A stretch of DNA of 48,593 nt. Origin: a virus (taxonomy: Duplodnaviria > Caudoviricetes). The stretch lies in IMG/VR virus record IMGVR_UViG_3300033513_000012, positions 1 through 48,593 of that record. One strand, written 5' to 3'. Below, piece after piece: positions 1 to 9,342 of this stretch; within the stretch, counting starts at the first letter, position 1; each line of letters starts with the position of its first letter. A program made the position numbers and the translations under genes. Below the pieces are notes generated by a model, which saw only the letters and a program-made list of their open reading frames with translations, was not told where the DNA came from and searched no databases.

Positions 1-127
1 TCACCACGATCCCGGAGCCTTGAGGGGCCGTCGAGACCGAGTCCTCGACAAAGAACCGCTTAACTTGGGCGAAGTCCTTGGCGCTCAGGTAGTCCATCAG
101 CATCGAGGTCCTCGTCGTGACGTCGTG
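1..127. repeat. Terminal direct repeat, copy 1 (circular assembly overlap)
   Basis: 1-127 is identical to 48467-48593; 127 is a common assembler k-mer; an ORF reads through the join. Confidence 0.95.
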
Positions 128-1003
128 CCCGCCGAGCTCCTGCTCTATCCGCTCGGGCACGAGCCTGTACGTCTTGACCGTCTCGCCCTCCACGACCTGC
201 CGGTAGAACTGCGGGACGCCGTCCACGATCACCATGCGGGTCCCGTCACCGTTTGCCGAGTCCGCCGAGTTGTCTTTCCATGTGTACGACAAAACGTTGG
301 CCTTCCCTGAGTACTCGATCCTGTCGCCGACCACGCTTCCCGACCACTCGAGGTGCACGGACGCGGCCCCGCCGCCTACCCACGAGGCGAATTTCGAGCC
401 CCCAAGCTTCGAGTAGTCTATAAAGGCCGCCGCGATCGACCCGTCCGAGGTCAGGCCCATGCGGAACGCGCACCGCCACTCGTTGGCCATCCTCACGAGG
501 AACGCGTAGTCCGACTCGTACTGGCAGACCTTCGTCCCGGCCGTAAGCGGCTCGTTTCCGCGCGCGAAGTCGATCTCCTGCTTCACGACGCCGAGCTTCG
601 CCATGACCGTCGCCACCACGTCGGCCCTGGTCCCGGCCTCGTACCAGACCACCGATCGGTCCCCGCGGAACCCCAAGGCCATAAACGCGCACGTGTATAT
701 CTTCTCGCCCTGCGCCGACCCTGATCCCCCGGGGGAATTGACCACGACCTTGACCTTGTTGCGCTTGAGCTGCTGGCCCCCCGGTAGGTTGATCCCCCAG
801 CCGATGTCGAGCTTGAGGCCGGGGCGAAGGACGCGAGAATAGTAGTCCGCCCGGTCGTGGAACGTGACGGAGCCCTGGTCCATCATGCCCATCTCCTCGG
901 TGACGTCGAGCGAGCGCACGTCCTCGCGCATGAGGACCTTGAGGTCGACGTCCGGGGACTCCACGGTGAAGAACGTCCCGTCGTGGTTGAAAAGCCCGAT
1001 CAC
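1..1003 (-). CDS. Baseplate hub / P2 gpD-like late control protein, N-terminal part (continues across the join to 48252; about 405 aa in total)
   Basis: GTG at 1003 overlaps upstream TGA (GTGA); reads MIGLFNHDGTFF...QYESDYAFLVRMANEW (gpD/VgrG-type Q-x-ESD-xx-FL-x-R motif); same frame as 48252..48569 after circularisation. Confidence 0.8.
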   Translation of the reverse strand, partial: MIGLFNHDGTFFTVESPDVDLKVLMREDVRSLDVTEEMGMMDQGSVTFHDRADYYSRVLRPGLKLDIGWGINLPGGQQLKRNKVKVVVNSPGGSGSAQGEKIYTCAFMALGFRGDRSVVWYEAGTRADVVATVMAKLGVVKQEIDFARGNEPLTAGTKVCQYESDYAFLVRMANEWRCAFRMGLTSDGSIAAAFIDYSKLGGSKFASWVGGGAASVHLEWSGSVVGDRIEYSGKANVLSYTWKDNSADSANGDGTRMVIVDGVPQFYRQVVEGETVKTYRLVPERIEQELGGHDVTTRTSMLMDYLSAKDFAQVKRFFVEDSVSTAPQGSGIVV

Positions 1004-1275
1004 AGCGGAACCCTCAGCTTCTCGACCCGCGACAGGTCGAAGCGGGCCTCGAACAGCTCAACCTGGTTTTCCTCGAATATCTGGTACGCCTGCCCCTCGA
1101 ACCCAGCCCCGTACACCTCGGGCCGGCTGGCGACCTCCTCGAGCGACGTCTGCGCGTCGCAGGGGATGGTCGTGAACGAACTGGCGCGCGGCTGAGGCGG
1201 CCGGATGTCCTTGAGCGAAACCTCGACGCCCTCCGCGGTGACGAACGTCACGGTCGGAACCTGCAGGTACCTCAA
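1000..1275 (-). CDS. Small baseplate protein (P2 gpX / LysM-like)
   Basis: 91 aa between tube initiator and hub; ends in a KLRVP motif typical of this class. Confidence 0.55.
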   Translation of the reverse strand: MRYLQVPTVTFVTAEGVEVSLKDIRPPQPRASSFTTIPCDAQTSLEEVASRPEVYGAGFEGQAYQIFEENQVELFEARFDLSRVEKLRVPL

Positions 1276-1850
1276 TACGGGCTCCCCAGGCTCAGGGCCT
1301 TCTTGGCCGCGCCGAACGCCGCGACGGCCTCCCCGATGACGGCGGCGACGTTCCGGAACGCCTCCTCCATCTTGTAGAGTTCCGACGTCTCGTCCAGGAT
1401 AAGCTCGATCTCGACCATCGTGTACTGGGGCGCCCCGAACGCGTTAACCATGTTCGCCGGCGTCGAGAAGTCGCACTTGGCGACGAACCAGACGAGCGGG
1501 ACCGACCCGGTACCCCAGTAATACAGCACCTTGGGGTTGGGCGAGAACTGCCCGCGGTTGGCGGCCGTCCCGAGGAACCCCTGCGCCTGGTTGCGCAGGA
1601 GGTCGAACTGCTTGAGCATCATCATGTTGCCGGTCGGGTTCGACTTGTTCAGCACGGGAAGTGTAAAGGACACCCGCCTGTTGCCGTTTCCGCCGGGCGA
1701 GATGGGCTGGAAGTTCCGCCCCGGAATCGGAGTCTCCGCGTAGATAATGGGCTTGGTGTCCTTGATCTCGCCCTCGGGTATGGTCGGGCTCGTGATAAGC
1801 TGGTGGTTGTAAAGGTCGTAGAGGAACCACGGGAGGTTTGTCGGTATCAC
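1272..1850 (-). CDS. Tail tube initiator-like protein (P2 gpU / CIS tube-like)
   Basis: Follows tape measure; PKVLYYWG and VEIELILDE motifs. Confidence 0.6.
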   Translation of the reverse strand: MIPTNLPWFLYDLYNHQLITSPTIPEGEIKDTKPIIYAETPIPGRNFQPISPGGNGNRRVSFTLPVLNKSNPTGNMMMLKQFDLLRNQAQGFLGTAANRGQFSPNPKVLYYWGTGSVPLVWFVAKCDFSTPANMVNAFGAPQYTMVEIELILDETSELYKMEEAFRNVAAVIGEAVAAFGAAKKALSLGSPY

Positions 1851-3229
1851 AGCCCCTCCGCCGTCTTGGACGCAAGAATCCTTTCGCGGAACCCGATCGC
1901 GAGGCCGCTCCCGATGTCTCGGCCGGCGCGCTTCGCGTCTCCCTCGGTGACCGTGACATAGAACGCGTTGCTCATCGTGACCGCCACGTCCCGACCTCCC
2001 CCGCGCACAGGCATGGCCTTAGTGGCCACGATGTTGTCGTCCGGGTCGGTCCGGATCACTTTTCCGGTCTTGGTGATGATAGCGTCATGCACGCCGGGTA
2101 TGCCTCCGATTCCCTGCGACGCCGGGGCCGACGGGATAACCGCCCCGAAGTTCTGGCCCTGGCGCTTCGCCCATTCCTCCCACATCGGGCCGATCTCGTT
2201 CCACTTCTTGGAGACTGCGCTCCAATCGCCCTTGAGGATCGAATCTATAATCTCTGAGAGCTTCATCAGCGTGAGGAGGGACTGGACTATCGTGTCGAAC
2301 GCCGCGGCGATCGTCGCCAGGGCCCCCGTCGCGAGCGTCCCTATGATGCTTCCGAGCGCGGAAAACCCCCCACGGATGCCGTCCTTGTCGTCGAGCCCGA
2401 TGGCCTTGAGGAGCTGGTTCAACACGCGGAGGACGTTGTCGATCGGCGTCATGATGTTCTTCACCGCCGGCGCGAAGCCCTCGGCGAATCCCTTCACCGC
2501 CGCGCCGATCGCCCCGGCTATTATTCCGAGGGTCTGCCCCATCTTGTCGAAGACGGTCCACAGGCTCTTACCCTGGTCGTTCGCCGTGGTCCACGACTTT
2601 ATCAGGTTGCCGAAGAATCCTAGGATGGACCCGCCGACGTCGAGTATCCAATCGAACGCGGGCTTGAAGTCCTTGATCAGGTCCTTCGCCAGCATCCCCA
2701 TGTACACGATGACCGCCGAGACCTTGAAGGAAAGTACGTTAAGGAATTCATCAAAATTCTTGAAGTTGGATCGGAACGCCCGCTGGAACGCGGACCCCAC
2801 CACGTCGAGAAGCTGCTTGAACACCCCGTACAGGGTCTTGGCGACCGTCAGGACCGTACGGAACACGTTCGCCAGCGTGGCGCCCCACTGCGCGAAGCGG
2901 GCGCGGTTGTCGCGGACCCAGTCGAGCATCCGTTGGAGCATCGGCATGATCTGCTGCCTTAAGGGCCAGAGCAGGTTCTTCATAAAGACGTCCTTCGCTA
3001 TGCCGAACGCCTGCCCCACCTCGGGCATGTACTTGAGCGCCGCGCCAAAGCCCTTGATGGCCACGACGATCGACCCGACCTTCATGATGGCGGAGTTCAG
3101 GGCCTTGGTCATGGACTTCCCGACGTTCTCGGCCATGCCCCGCATCGACGCCATGCCGTCGCCTATGCGCTTGATCCCGTTGATGAAGGGTGAGACGTTG
3201 AAGTTGAACACGTTCTCGTCAGTCGCCAT
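1847..3229 (-). CDS. Tape measure protein (460 aa, short)
   Basis: Ala/Gly-rich amphipathic helical sequence downstream of the tail chaperone. Confidence 0.8.
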   Translation of the reverse strand: MATDENVFNFNVSPFINGIKRIGDGMASMRGMAENVGKSMTKALNSAIMKVGSIVVAIKGFGAALKYMPEVGQAFGIAKDVFMKNLLWPLRQQIMPMLQRMLDWVRDNRARFAQWGATLANVFRTVLTVAKTLYGVFKQLLDVVGSAFQRAFRSNFKNFDEFLNVLSFKVSAVIVYMGMLAKDLIKDFKPAFDWILDVGGSILGFFGNLIKSWTTANDQGKSLWTVFDKMGQTLGIIAGAIGAAVKGFAEGFAPAVKNIMTPIDNVLRVLNQLLKAIGLDDKDGIRGGFSALGSIIGTLATGALATIAAAFDTIVQSLLTLMKLSEIIDSILKGDWSAVSKKWNEIGPMWEEWAKRQGQNFGAVIPSAPASQGIGGIPGVHDAIITKTGKVIRTDPDDNIVATKAMPVRGGGRDVAVTMSNAFYVTVTEGDAKRAGRDIGSGLAIGFRERILASKTAEGL

Positions 3230-3440
3230 TCTTCTCCCCGTTCAGCCTCACCGCTATGTCCGTTGCCGCCTCGTACTCGCGCCAAGGCAGCACCTTCAAG
3301 TCCGGATATCCCACCCCTCCGTATGTTATGATCGCGGCCCTCATGCTCTCCTCGAGCAGCGCCGCGGGGGTGAACCCGAGGGCCCCTAGAGCCTCGGGGA
3401 GCTTGCGGCCCCCTGGACCCTGAGGCCGGAGGCGAAAAAA
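3219..3440 (-). CDS. Tail assembly chaperone, frameshifted (GT-like) C-terminal extension
   Basis: Open -1 frame entered at slippery T TTT TTC (3434-3440); ends overlapping the TMP start. Confidence 0.7.
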   Translation of the reverse strand, partial: FFRLRPQGPGGRKLPEALGALGFTPAALLEESMRAAIITYGGVGYPDLKVLPWREYEAATDIAVRLNGEKNGD

Positions 3441-4195
3441 TCGTTGAGGTCCAGCTCGGCCTCCCAGCGCCTGAAGCACTTCGGGCACACCCTTTCGAGC
3501 GAGGTCCGCATCCCGTAGTCCCCTGCCGCCTGCCCCACTTTCCGGGCGTCCCGGAGCTTCATCTTCTTAAACGCGATGAACCCGAAGGACGCCTTCCACG
3601 CCGCGGCCTGCGGCCGACCGTTCACGGCCTCCAGCGCCTCGACGTACGTCTGGAACTGCATCTCGATTTCGTCGTCCGGATGGGCCTTGTGGGCCCTGAT
3701 GCAGTCGTCCAGGGTCGGGTGCCTCATGGTGACCGCCTCCACCCTCTCGATCAGCTCCCCGGTCTTCCGGTCGGCGAGCTCTACGGGCGACTCCAGCTCA
3801 ACCTCGAAGGAGGCGTTGTCGGCATAGTCCGTCTCGAGCGCGGAGATGCGCTCCGAGCCCTCGACCTGCAGGCCGCACTGGGGGCACTGGTACCGCCCCG
3901 ACACCTCGTCGTCGCCCTTGGTTTCGGCCATGCCGAGCATCGCGACGGCGTAGGCCGATTTGAACGGGAGCGCGCGGGCTATCCGACGGACCCCTGCCCT
4001 GTCGGACACCTCGCCCGCCTCCGAAACGAACGCCTCGACCGTCTCCGCGCACCAGGTGAGCAGCGCGTCGTATATGGCCCCCCGGCTCATGTCGCGGTTC
4101 ACCGCGGCCACCGCCTCGGCCGAGGCTTCCGTTATCCTGGCCTCCACGTAGGTCGTCCCGTCGCAGACAGCGGGCATGGGCATCCTGTACGTCAT
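3386..4195 (-). CDS. Tail assembly chaperone (G-like) with two CxxC motifs
   Basis: Between tube and TMP; CPQC and CPKC motifs, ...DFF ending. Confidence 0.75.
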   Translation of the reverse strand: MTYRMPMPAVCDGTTYVEARITEASAEAVAAVNRDMSRGAIYDALLTWCAETVEAFVSEAGEVSDRAGVRRIARALPFKSAYAVAMLGMAETKGDDEVSGRYQCPQCGLQVEGSERISALETDYADNASFEVELESPVELADRKTGELIERVEAVTMRHPTLDDCIRAHKAHPDDEIEMQFQTYVEALEAVNGRPQAAAWKASFGFIAFKKMKLRDARKVGQAAGDYGMRTSLERVCPKCFRRWEAELDLNDFFASGLRVQGAASSPRL

Positions 4196-4196
4196 C

Positions 4197-4613
4197 TCAG
4201 GAATCCACCGTCTTGATCTCGTACGGGAGGAATACGCACTCGTACTGAGCGTACTTTACCGCGGCAAAGTCCACCTCGGGCCTGGAGAGCGACCGGAGCT
4301 CGACGTCCTGCCAAAGCTGGCGCTCGTACTCGGTGCCGTCGGCGTCGCAGTAGATTATCGTGACGTCGTGCTTCTCTTTGCTTCCGTGCCAGTCGTTGAG
4401 TTTCTTTCGGGTGTTGGTGTTTCGCCGGATCTCGAACGTGGCCGGGATCTCCGGGAAGACCGTCACGCCGTTCTGGATCTTTTTGACGCGCCCAAATTCC
4501 GGGACCTCGATGACCCCGTTCTCGAGCTTGTTCTCTCCGAGCTTCACGAGCCCAGGCAAGTCGTCGCCGTCGACGAGGAACCTCGCCTTCATCGCCATGC
4601 TGTTGGGTTGCAT
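4197..4613 (-). CDS. Tail tube protein (T4 gp19-like)
   Basis: 138 aa directly after the sheath; typical size and motifs. Confidence 0.8.
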   Translation of the reverse strand: MQPNSMAMKARFLVDGDDLPGLVKLGENKLENGVIEVPEFGRVKKIQNGVTVFPEIPATFEIRRNTNTRKKLNDWHGSKEKHDVTIIYCDADGTEYERQLWQDVELRSLSRPEVDFAAVKYAQYECVFLPYEIKTVDS

Positions 4614-4637
4614 GCCTGAATCCTCCTCGTCCGGGCC

Positions 4638-6452
4638 TTATGCGGCCGTCTTGTAGATCAGGCCGACGCCGATCTTTATCGACCCCGCCGGGGCCGGGAA
4701 CATAAACCAGACGTCTATGTTGCGCTCGCCGGCCTGGAGCGTGGCGACCGAGTTGTTGGTCGCGTCGGCTATGACCTCGTACGCCTCCGCCTCGGTCGAC
4801 ACCGTGCCGTCGTCCTTCTCGTACTGGCCGAACGTCTCGCCTTCCTTGATGTTTCCCGTGCTGCCGCGCATCCACAGCCGGTGCATGAACTGCAGCATGG
4901 CCGCGCGGTCCTCGCGGACGTGGCCGATGTCGTTCGGCGTGTTCTCCGAGTCCTGTAGCGAGTCCACTCCGGAAATCTTGACGTAGTTGCGCATAAGGAC
5001 CGCGTTCGCGTACCGGAACGCCTGGTCGGTCGAGAGGGTGAAGAGGTTCCTCACCACAATGCCCTTGCCCGTCACGTTCTGGATGACGTTTGCGCCCGCG
5101 GCGGCCATGTCGGTCCGGTCGTCGTCGTCGAGCCCCTGCTCGCCGTAGACGTCCGAGGCCCCCAGCACGGGGCGGCTCTTCCGGGCCGGGATCGCGTGAA
5201 TCCCATCCGAGTTCAGAGACGAGATCCACCACCCCATTAGGTGCCCGACGTTCGGGACCGCCCGGTACGGCGCCGAGGAGGCGCCTGCGAACGGGTCCGG
5301 TACGGCGAGCCAGTTGTGGACGTAGACCCCGTCGACCTCGTTGGACCTCTGGAAAGACTGCCCGGCGGCTATGGCCTGCGCCTTGGTGTTGGACTGCGCC
5401 CCCACGATCATGGCGATCGGGTTGTCGCTGCGCGCCTTGCAGTAGGCCTCGAGCGCCGCCTGGTACGTGGCGTTGGAGGTCTCGCAGTTGGCGAGCCAGC
5501 GCACGGGCAGCGCGTCGAACAGGGCGTACAGGGCCGACCAGTCGGAGGCCGATGCCGGCATCGTTCCGTCCGTGCCCGAAGCGAGGTAGGTGACCGTCGT
5601 GACGTCCGCCGGGAAGACCTGCGCCGCCGTGGGGCCGCCGGTCACCGTCAGCATGGACGCCTTCATCCAGTTCGAGGCGGCGAACACGGAGACTATGTAC
5701 TTCGTGGGGTCGGCCGAGTTGAAGGTGACCCACTTGAGCCCTATGTCCGTGTCGACCTCGGTGACCACGCCGTTGACGTCCTTGTAGTAGGTCTTCACCT
5801 GCAGGGCCATCACCGAGAAGGTGTAGTCGGCGGCCACGCCGGAGCCGGCGTAGTCCGCGTCGTCCCAGTAGACCTTCTTCGTGCTCTCGTCGATGGCCGT
5901 CACGTAGTGGTATTCCGAATAGCCAGTCTTTGAGAGCTTGATCACGTCGCCGACCTTGACCCCGACAACCGAGGCCAGGACTATGACCCTGGCGCTCGCT
6001 CCGGTTCCCGTCGGGAGGGTCGTCACCGCCGAGGACCACGCCGCACCGTTCGTGAGCGCGTAGCCGATCCGATTGCCGGACGTGCCGTACTGGTCTTCAG
6101 TCTGGTACGCCGCCGTGAACTTGAGGCAAGGCTCCGGAGCCGAATCCTGGTTGTTAAGGCTCGCGTTCGCCGCCACGGCGTCGGTACCCTTGTAGGACAG
6201 GACCCAGCACGACCCCGGGGCCCCGTTCAGGTTCGCGAAGAACCCGTTTAGCGCGTCCGGGCCGTACGCCGCCGGATTGTTCTGGTACCCGAAGATCGTG
6301 AGCGCGTCGGTCGGGTTGCTCACCTTGAACGCCTTTGCGTACTTGCGCTCGAAGAGCCCGAGGAGGCCCGCGACGGAAAAGTCCGCCGGGGCGACCTGGG
6401 GCTGCACCTTGGTCGGCAGGTTCTCGGAATATACTCCCAATCGCCGCATCAT
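4638..6452 (-). CDS. Contractile tail sheath protein
   Basis: 604 aa; N-terminal GVYSE motif; sheath C-terminal motifs (GANVIQ..GIVVRN, YEVIADATNN, PAPAGSI). Confidence 0.9.
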   Translation of the reverse strand: MMRRLGVYSENLPTKVQPQVAPADFSVAGLLGLFERKYAKAFKVSNPTDALTIFGYQNNPAAYGPDALNGFFANLNGAPGSCWVLSYKGTDAVAANASLNNQDSAPEPCLKFTAAYQTEDQYGTSGNRIGYALTNGAAWSSAVTTLPTGTGASARVIVLASVVGVKVGDVIKLSKTGYSEYHYVTAIDESTKKVYWDDADYAGSGVAADYTFSVMALQVKTYYKDVNGVVTEVDTDIGLKWVTFNSADPTKYIVSVFAASNWMKASMLTVTGGPTAAQVFPADVTTVTYLASGTDGTMPASASDWSALYALFDALPVRWLANCETSNATYQAALEAYCKARSDNPIAMIVGAQSNTKAQAIAAGQSFQRSNEVDGVYVHNWLAVPDPFAGASSAPYRAVPNVGHLMGWWISSLNSDGIHAIPARKSRPVLGASDVYGEQGLDDDDRTDMAAAGANVIQNVTGKGIVVRNLFTLSTDQAFRYANAVLMRNYVKISGVDSLQDSENTPNDIGHVREDRAAMLQFMHRLWMRGSTGNIKEGETFGQYEKDDGTVSTEAEAYEVIADATNNSVATLQAGERNIDVWFMFPAPAGSIKIGVGLIYKTAA

Positions 6453-6640
6453 GCCCTCCTCACGGTGAACAGCTCGGCCTTGAAGTCGGGCGAGTTCACC
6501 TCTTCTTCCGTCATGATCACGGTCGAGCCTTCACGCCCGACCGGTTCCCATCTTATCCATCGGCCGCGCACGAGAAACTCCCGCGGCTGGTTGGCGAAGT
6601 TCGCGACCGCGATCCCCGTGGCCCTCTTCCTCTCGATCAC
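6449..6640 (-). CDS. Small hypothetical virion protein (alternative start 6703)
   Basis: GTGA-coupled to the upstream gene, stop overlaps sheath start; an AAGGAG RBS precedes the ATG at 6703. Confidence 0.5.
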   Translation of the reverse strand: MIERKRATGIAVANFANQPREFLVRGRWIRWEPVGREGSTVIMTEEEVNSPDFKAELFTVRRA

Positions 6641-7824
6641 GGGGGCAGCGGTTCGACCGTCGCCGTCCGCGAGTCCATCGGGACCGTCCTTTGAAGTTCC
6701 CATGTGCTCTCCTTTATCTCGATGTCTATCTCGTAGGTGGCCCGGGGCAGCACGTCCACCGCCTCGACGGGCTCGCCGTCCACGGCCGGGTCGGTCCACT
6801 CGAACCAGTACTTCCTCCCGTGGACCCAAAGGGCCGACCGCGCGAGGAACGCCCGGCAGAATTCCGTGGTATACCCTAGGAGCTCCGGCGATCGGGCGTC
6901 GTTCTCCAAAACCACCCGCCATTTCTCGTGCATGCCCTCGCGGTGCACGTACTTCCCGAGCGGCCCCGAGCAAAAGGTCTCGCGAGCCGCGCGGCTCGCC
7001 CTCGAGGACGGCGTGGGCGAGTTGTACCAGAGCATCACGCCGGGCAGGGTGACCTCGCGGTCGAACCTGCCTATCGTGACCGGCATGGCCACGTAGACGT
7101 CGGCGTCGATGTACTCGTACAGGAGCTCGCGGCCGTCAAAGGTAGTGAAGAACGAGCTCACGACCCCGGAGGCCGTGGCGTCCACCTGGTGCGTTTCTTG
7201 GTGCTGAACGTAGAACCGGTCCAGCCCGACTATGGTGATCACGGCGTACCGCATCACCCAGTCGTAGTTGTCCCGCACGGTCACGCCCTCGTCGCCCGCC
7301 GAGGCGGTCACCTTGCCGACCTGCTTCCCCAGGCCGAACAGCCTAGACTGCTGGTCCTGCAGCCCGAGCTTCACCGCGGTAATTACGTCCAGGGGAAGCT
7401 CCGGCCTCACGGCCAGCAAGTTCGATATGACGATCACGTCCTCGGCGTCCGTGAGCGCCGTGACCTTGAACTCGGTTATCGCCGAGAACCCGTCCACCGG
7501 GATCGTCACGGCCGTGAACAGCGAGTGATTCGGCACCTTGAAGGACTGCCCCGAGGCGAGCTCTATTGAGTAGGCCGGACCGTCCTCCATGGAGTCTATC
7601 GGGTAGCGGAAGGACTTTATCGCAAACGTGATCTCCGCGGCGTCCGAGACGTCGGCGGCAATGGACTTCACGGCGAACTTGTTCTTGCTCCCTGCAGGGA
7701 AGGATATCATGAGCGAGGCTGAGTTCCGCCCGGCCACATAGTCCTCGTGCTGATTCACCATGAGGGAGAGCCCGGTCGCCGTCCAGCCCGCAGCCGAATC
7801 TAGGGCGTCAAGTAGCCTTTCCAA
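6637..7824 (-). CDS. Neck / tail-terminator-like protein with extra N-terminal beta domains
   Basis: 395 aa just upstream of the sheath; position-based. Confidence 0.5.
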   Translation of the reverse strand: MERLLDALDSAAGWTATGLSLMVNQHEDYVAGRNSASLMISFPAGSKNKFAVKSIAADVSDAAEITFAIKSFRYPIDSMEDGPAYSIELASGQSFKVPNHSLFTAVTIPVDGFSAITEFKVTALTDAEDVIVISNLLAVRPELPLDVITAVKLGLQDQQSRLFGLGKQVGKVTASAGDEGVTVRDNYDWVMRYAVITIVGLDRFYVQHQETHQVDATASGVVSSFFTTFDGRELLYEYIDADVYVAMPVTIGRFDREVTLPGVMLWYNSPTPSSRASRAARETFCSGPLGKYVHREGMHEKWRVVLENDARSPELLGYTTEFCRAFLARSALWVHGRKYWFEWTDPAVDGEPVEAVDVLPRATYEIDIEIKESTWELQRTVPMDSRTATVEPLPP

Positions 7825-8401
7825 CCTCGGCCTCCCACCGCGCCGCGCGCGCCCGCACCTTCGCGTAAGCTTCCTGCCTCGCTCCGCGCAGGAACTCCCC
7901 GCACGCCTTCTGCATGAGCGCGTTCGGATCCCGCGCCTGAACGTCCCTGATCACCTTTTCATAGGCTCGGCGCATCGCCGGCCGGGCCGGTATCCTGACG
8001 ACCGCCTTCCCGGTGTCTATCACGGCCCCGTGCTCGTGGACCTGGAACAGCACGTCGAGCGTAACGTCGGCCTTCACGTGCCGCCGGCGCATCATGTGCA
8101 CCGTCCAGCCGTTCTTCTTCCGCCAGACCCGCATGCCCTTAACGTACGTGTCGGGGGCTGACTCGCCCAGCCCGTAGAGCGGCGCCGTGGGGTTCGGGTA
8201 GCCGAGCTTACGCTTTCTGGCCACCGTCGCTGGCTTCAGGGTCGCGAGCCTGAGCCCCTTGTTCTTAATCCCATTCCGCCAGTACATCACGAGGTCGTAG
8301 GCGTCGCCCTTCCGCATGAGCGAGGCGACGTCCTCGGCGAGCCTCGGGACCTTCCTGATCCGAGCCTGCACGGCCTTGTACTTCTGGCTGAACGTTATCA
8401 T
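7808..8401 (-). CDS. Virion morphogenesis / tail completion protein (HK97 gp10 / Mu gpG-like)
   Basis: TGATG-coupled start; LKPATVARK, VHEHG and IPARP motifs. Confidence 0.75.
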   Translation of the reverse strand: MITFSQKYKAVQARIRKVPRLAEDVASLMRKGDAYDLVMYWRNGIKNKGLRLATLKPATVARKRKLGYPNPTAPLYGLGESAPDTYVKGMRVWRKKNGWTVHMMRRRHVKADVTLDVLFQVHEHGAVIDTGKAVVRIPARPAMRRAYEKVIRDVQARDPNALMQKACGEFLRGARQEAYAKVRARAARWEAEVGKAT

Positions 8402-8847
8402 CAGTTCCGCCTCAGCCCCAGCGCGACGTGGTGGGGCACCTCTCCCACGCGCTCGGGGATTCCCTTGTCGGCCACCTTCCACTGCAGGCCGTCGAGCGTG
8501 ACGGTGGTCCTCGTGATGTCGACGGCCGTGAAGGTGACCCCCACCCTCGCCAGGTCGATGATGCCCGCCTCGACCCAGTCGAGGAGGGGGGTCTTTATCA
8601 GGCACTCCACCTTCTCGCGTATCCCCGCCTGCTCAAGGTGCCGTTCCGACGGCCCATACTCCACCGGGAAGGCGTAAGTCTGGAGTGGAGCCGCCGGGGC
8701 TAGATGGGCTTTTATCATACCCAAGCTGTCCCTGGCGACCTCCGACTCCGCACGGAGATTGACAGTGACGGGCGTGCCATATTCTCGCGAGACATTCCTT
8801 ACGTCCCGCAACGCGGCCATAGCTTCAACGCCCGTCCCTGCGTTCAT
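8401..8847 (-). CDS. Head closure (stopper) protein
   Basis: 148 aa in neck module; size and position. Confidence 0.55.
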   Translation of the reverse strand: MNAGTGVEAMAALRDVRNVSREYGTPVTVNLRAESEVARDSLGMIKAHLAPAAPLQTYAFPVEYGPSERHLEQAGIREKVECLIKTPLLDWVEAGIIDLARVGVTFTAVDITRTTVTLDGLQWKVADKGIPERVGEVPHHVALGLRRN

Positions 8848-9338
8848 ATTTCAAATACCAATTCGTACATTTCGGCTTCCATGACGAATGTCAAGGAAGT
8901 CAGGGGTGTAATCTTCATCACATACTTGGCGTCGGGCTTCAGGACGAACTCCACACCACCGTACGCCTCCCCCGGCTTGGCCGACCCCGGGTTTGAACCG
9001 AAGCCTGACTGGTCAGGCAGGAACGGCACGCCCCCAGTGTAAGTAGGACCTTTATATATTTTCGACTTCAGGGTCCTAGTTGATATGCCGTTTCGGTTCA
9101 TCATAGGCATCAGCGCGCCTTGTGCTTGTACAGTGACATTGGCGAGATAGTCTATTTGACACGCAGCACTCGATTTCAGCATAAGCATCAAATGCAACGG
9201 GATCTCGCCAGATTCTATCAAGTACTGCGTCACTTGGTCGGTCGTTAAGCGCTCGCGCACGCTGAATATGCGCCCCTCATGAATGAGGTAATGAATCCAA
9301 TCTATGAAGACCGACGCCCCCTTGCTGTCCCTGAGCAT
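8844..9338 (-). CDS. Hypothetical virion-associated protein
   Basis: 164 aa ORF coupled to its neighbours; lower GC. Confidence 0.5.
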   Translation of the reverse strand: MLRDSKGASVFIDWIHYLIHEGRIFSVRERLTTDQVTQYLIESGEIPLHLMLMLKSSAACQIDYLANVTVQAQGALMPMMNRNGISTRTLKSKIYKGPTYTGGVPFLPDQSGFGSNPGSAKPGEAYGGVEFVLKPDAKYVMKITPLTSLTFVMEAEMYELVFEI

Positions 9339-9342
9339 ATTC

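Noticed and set aside
1968-6039. Long antisense or alternate-frame ORFs (1968..3389 +, 4192..6039 -)
   Set aside because: Expected shadows of GC-rich coding strands, with no motifs or convincing RBS
1-6452. Stand-alone contractile injection system or T6SS
   Set aside because: Capsid, portal, terminase and replication genes show it is a phage tail
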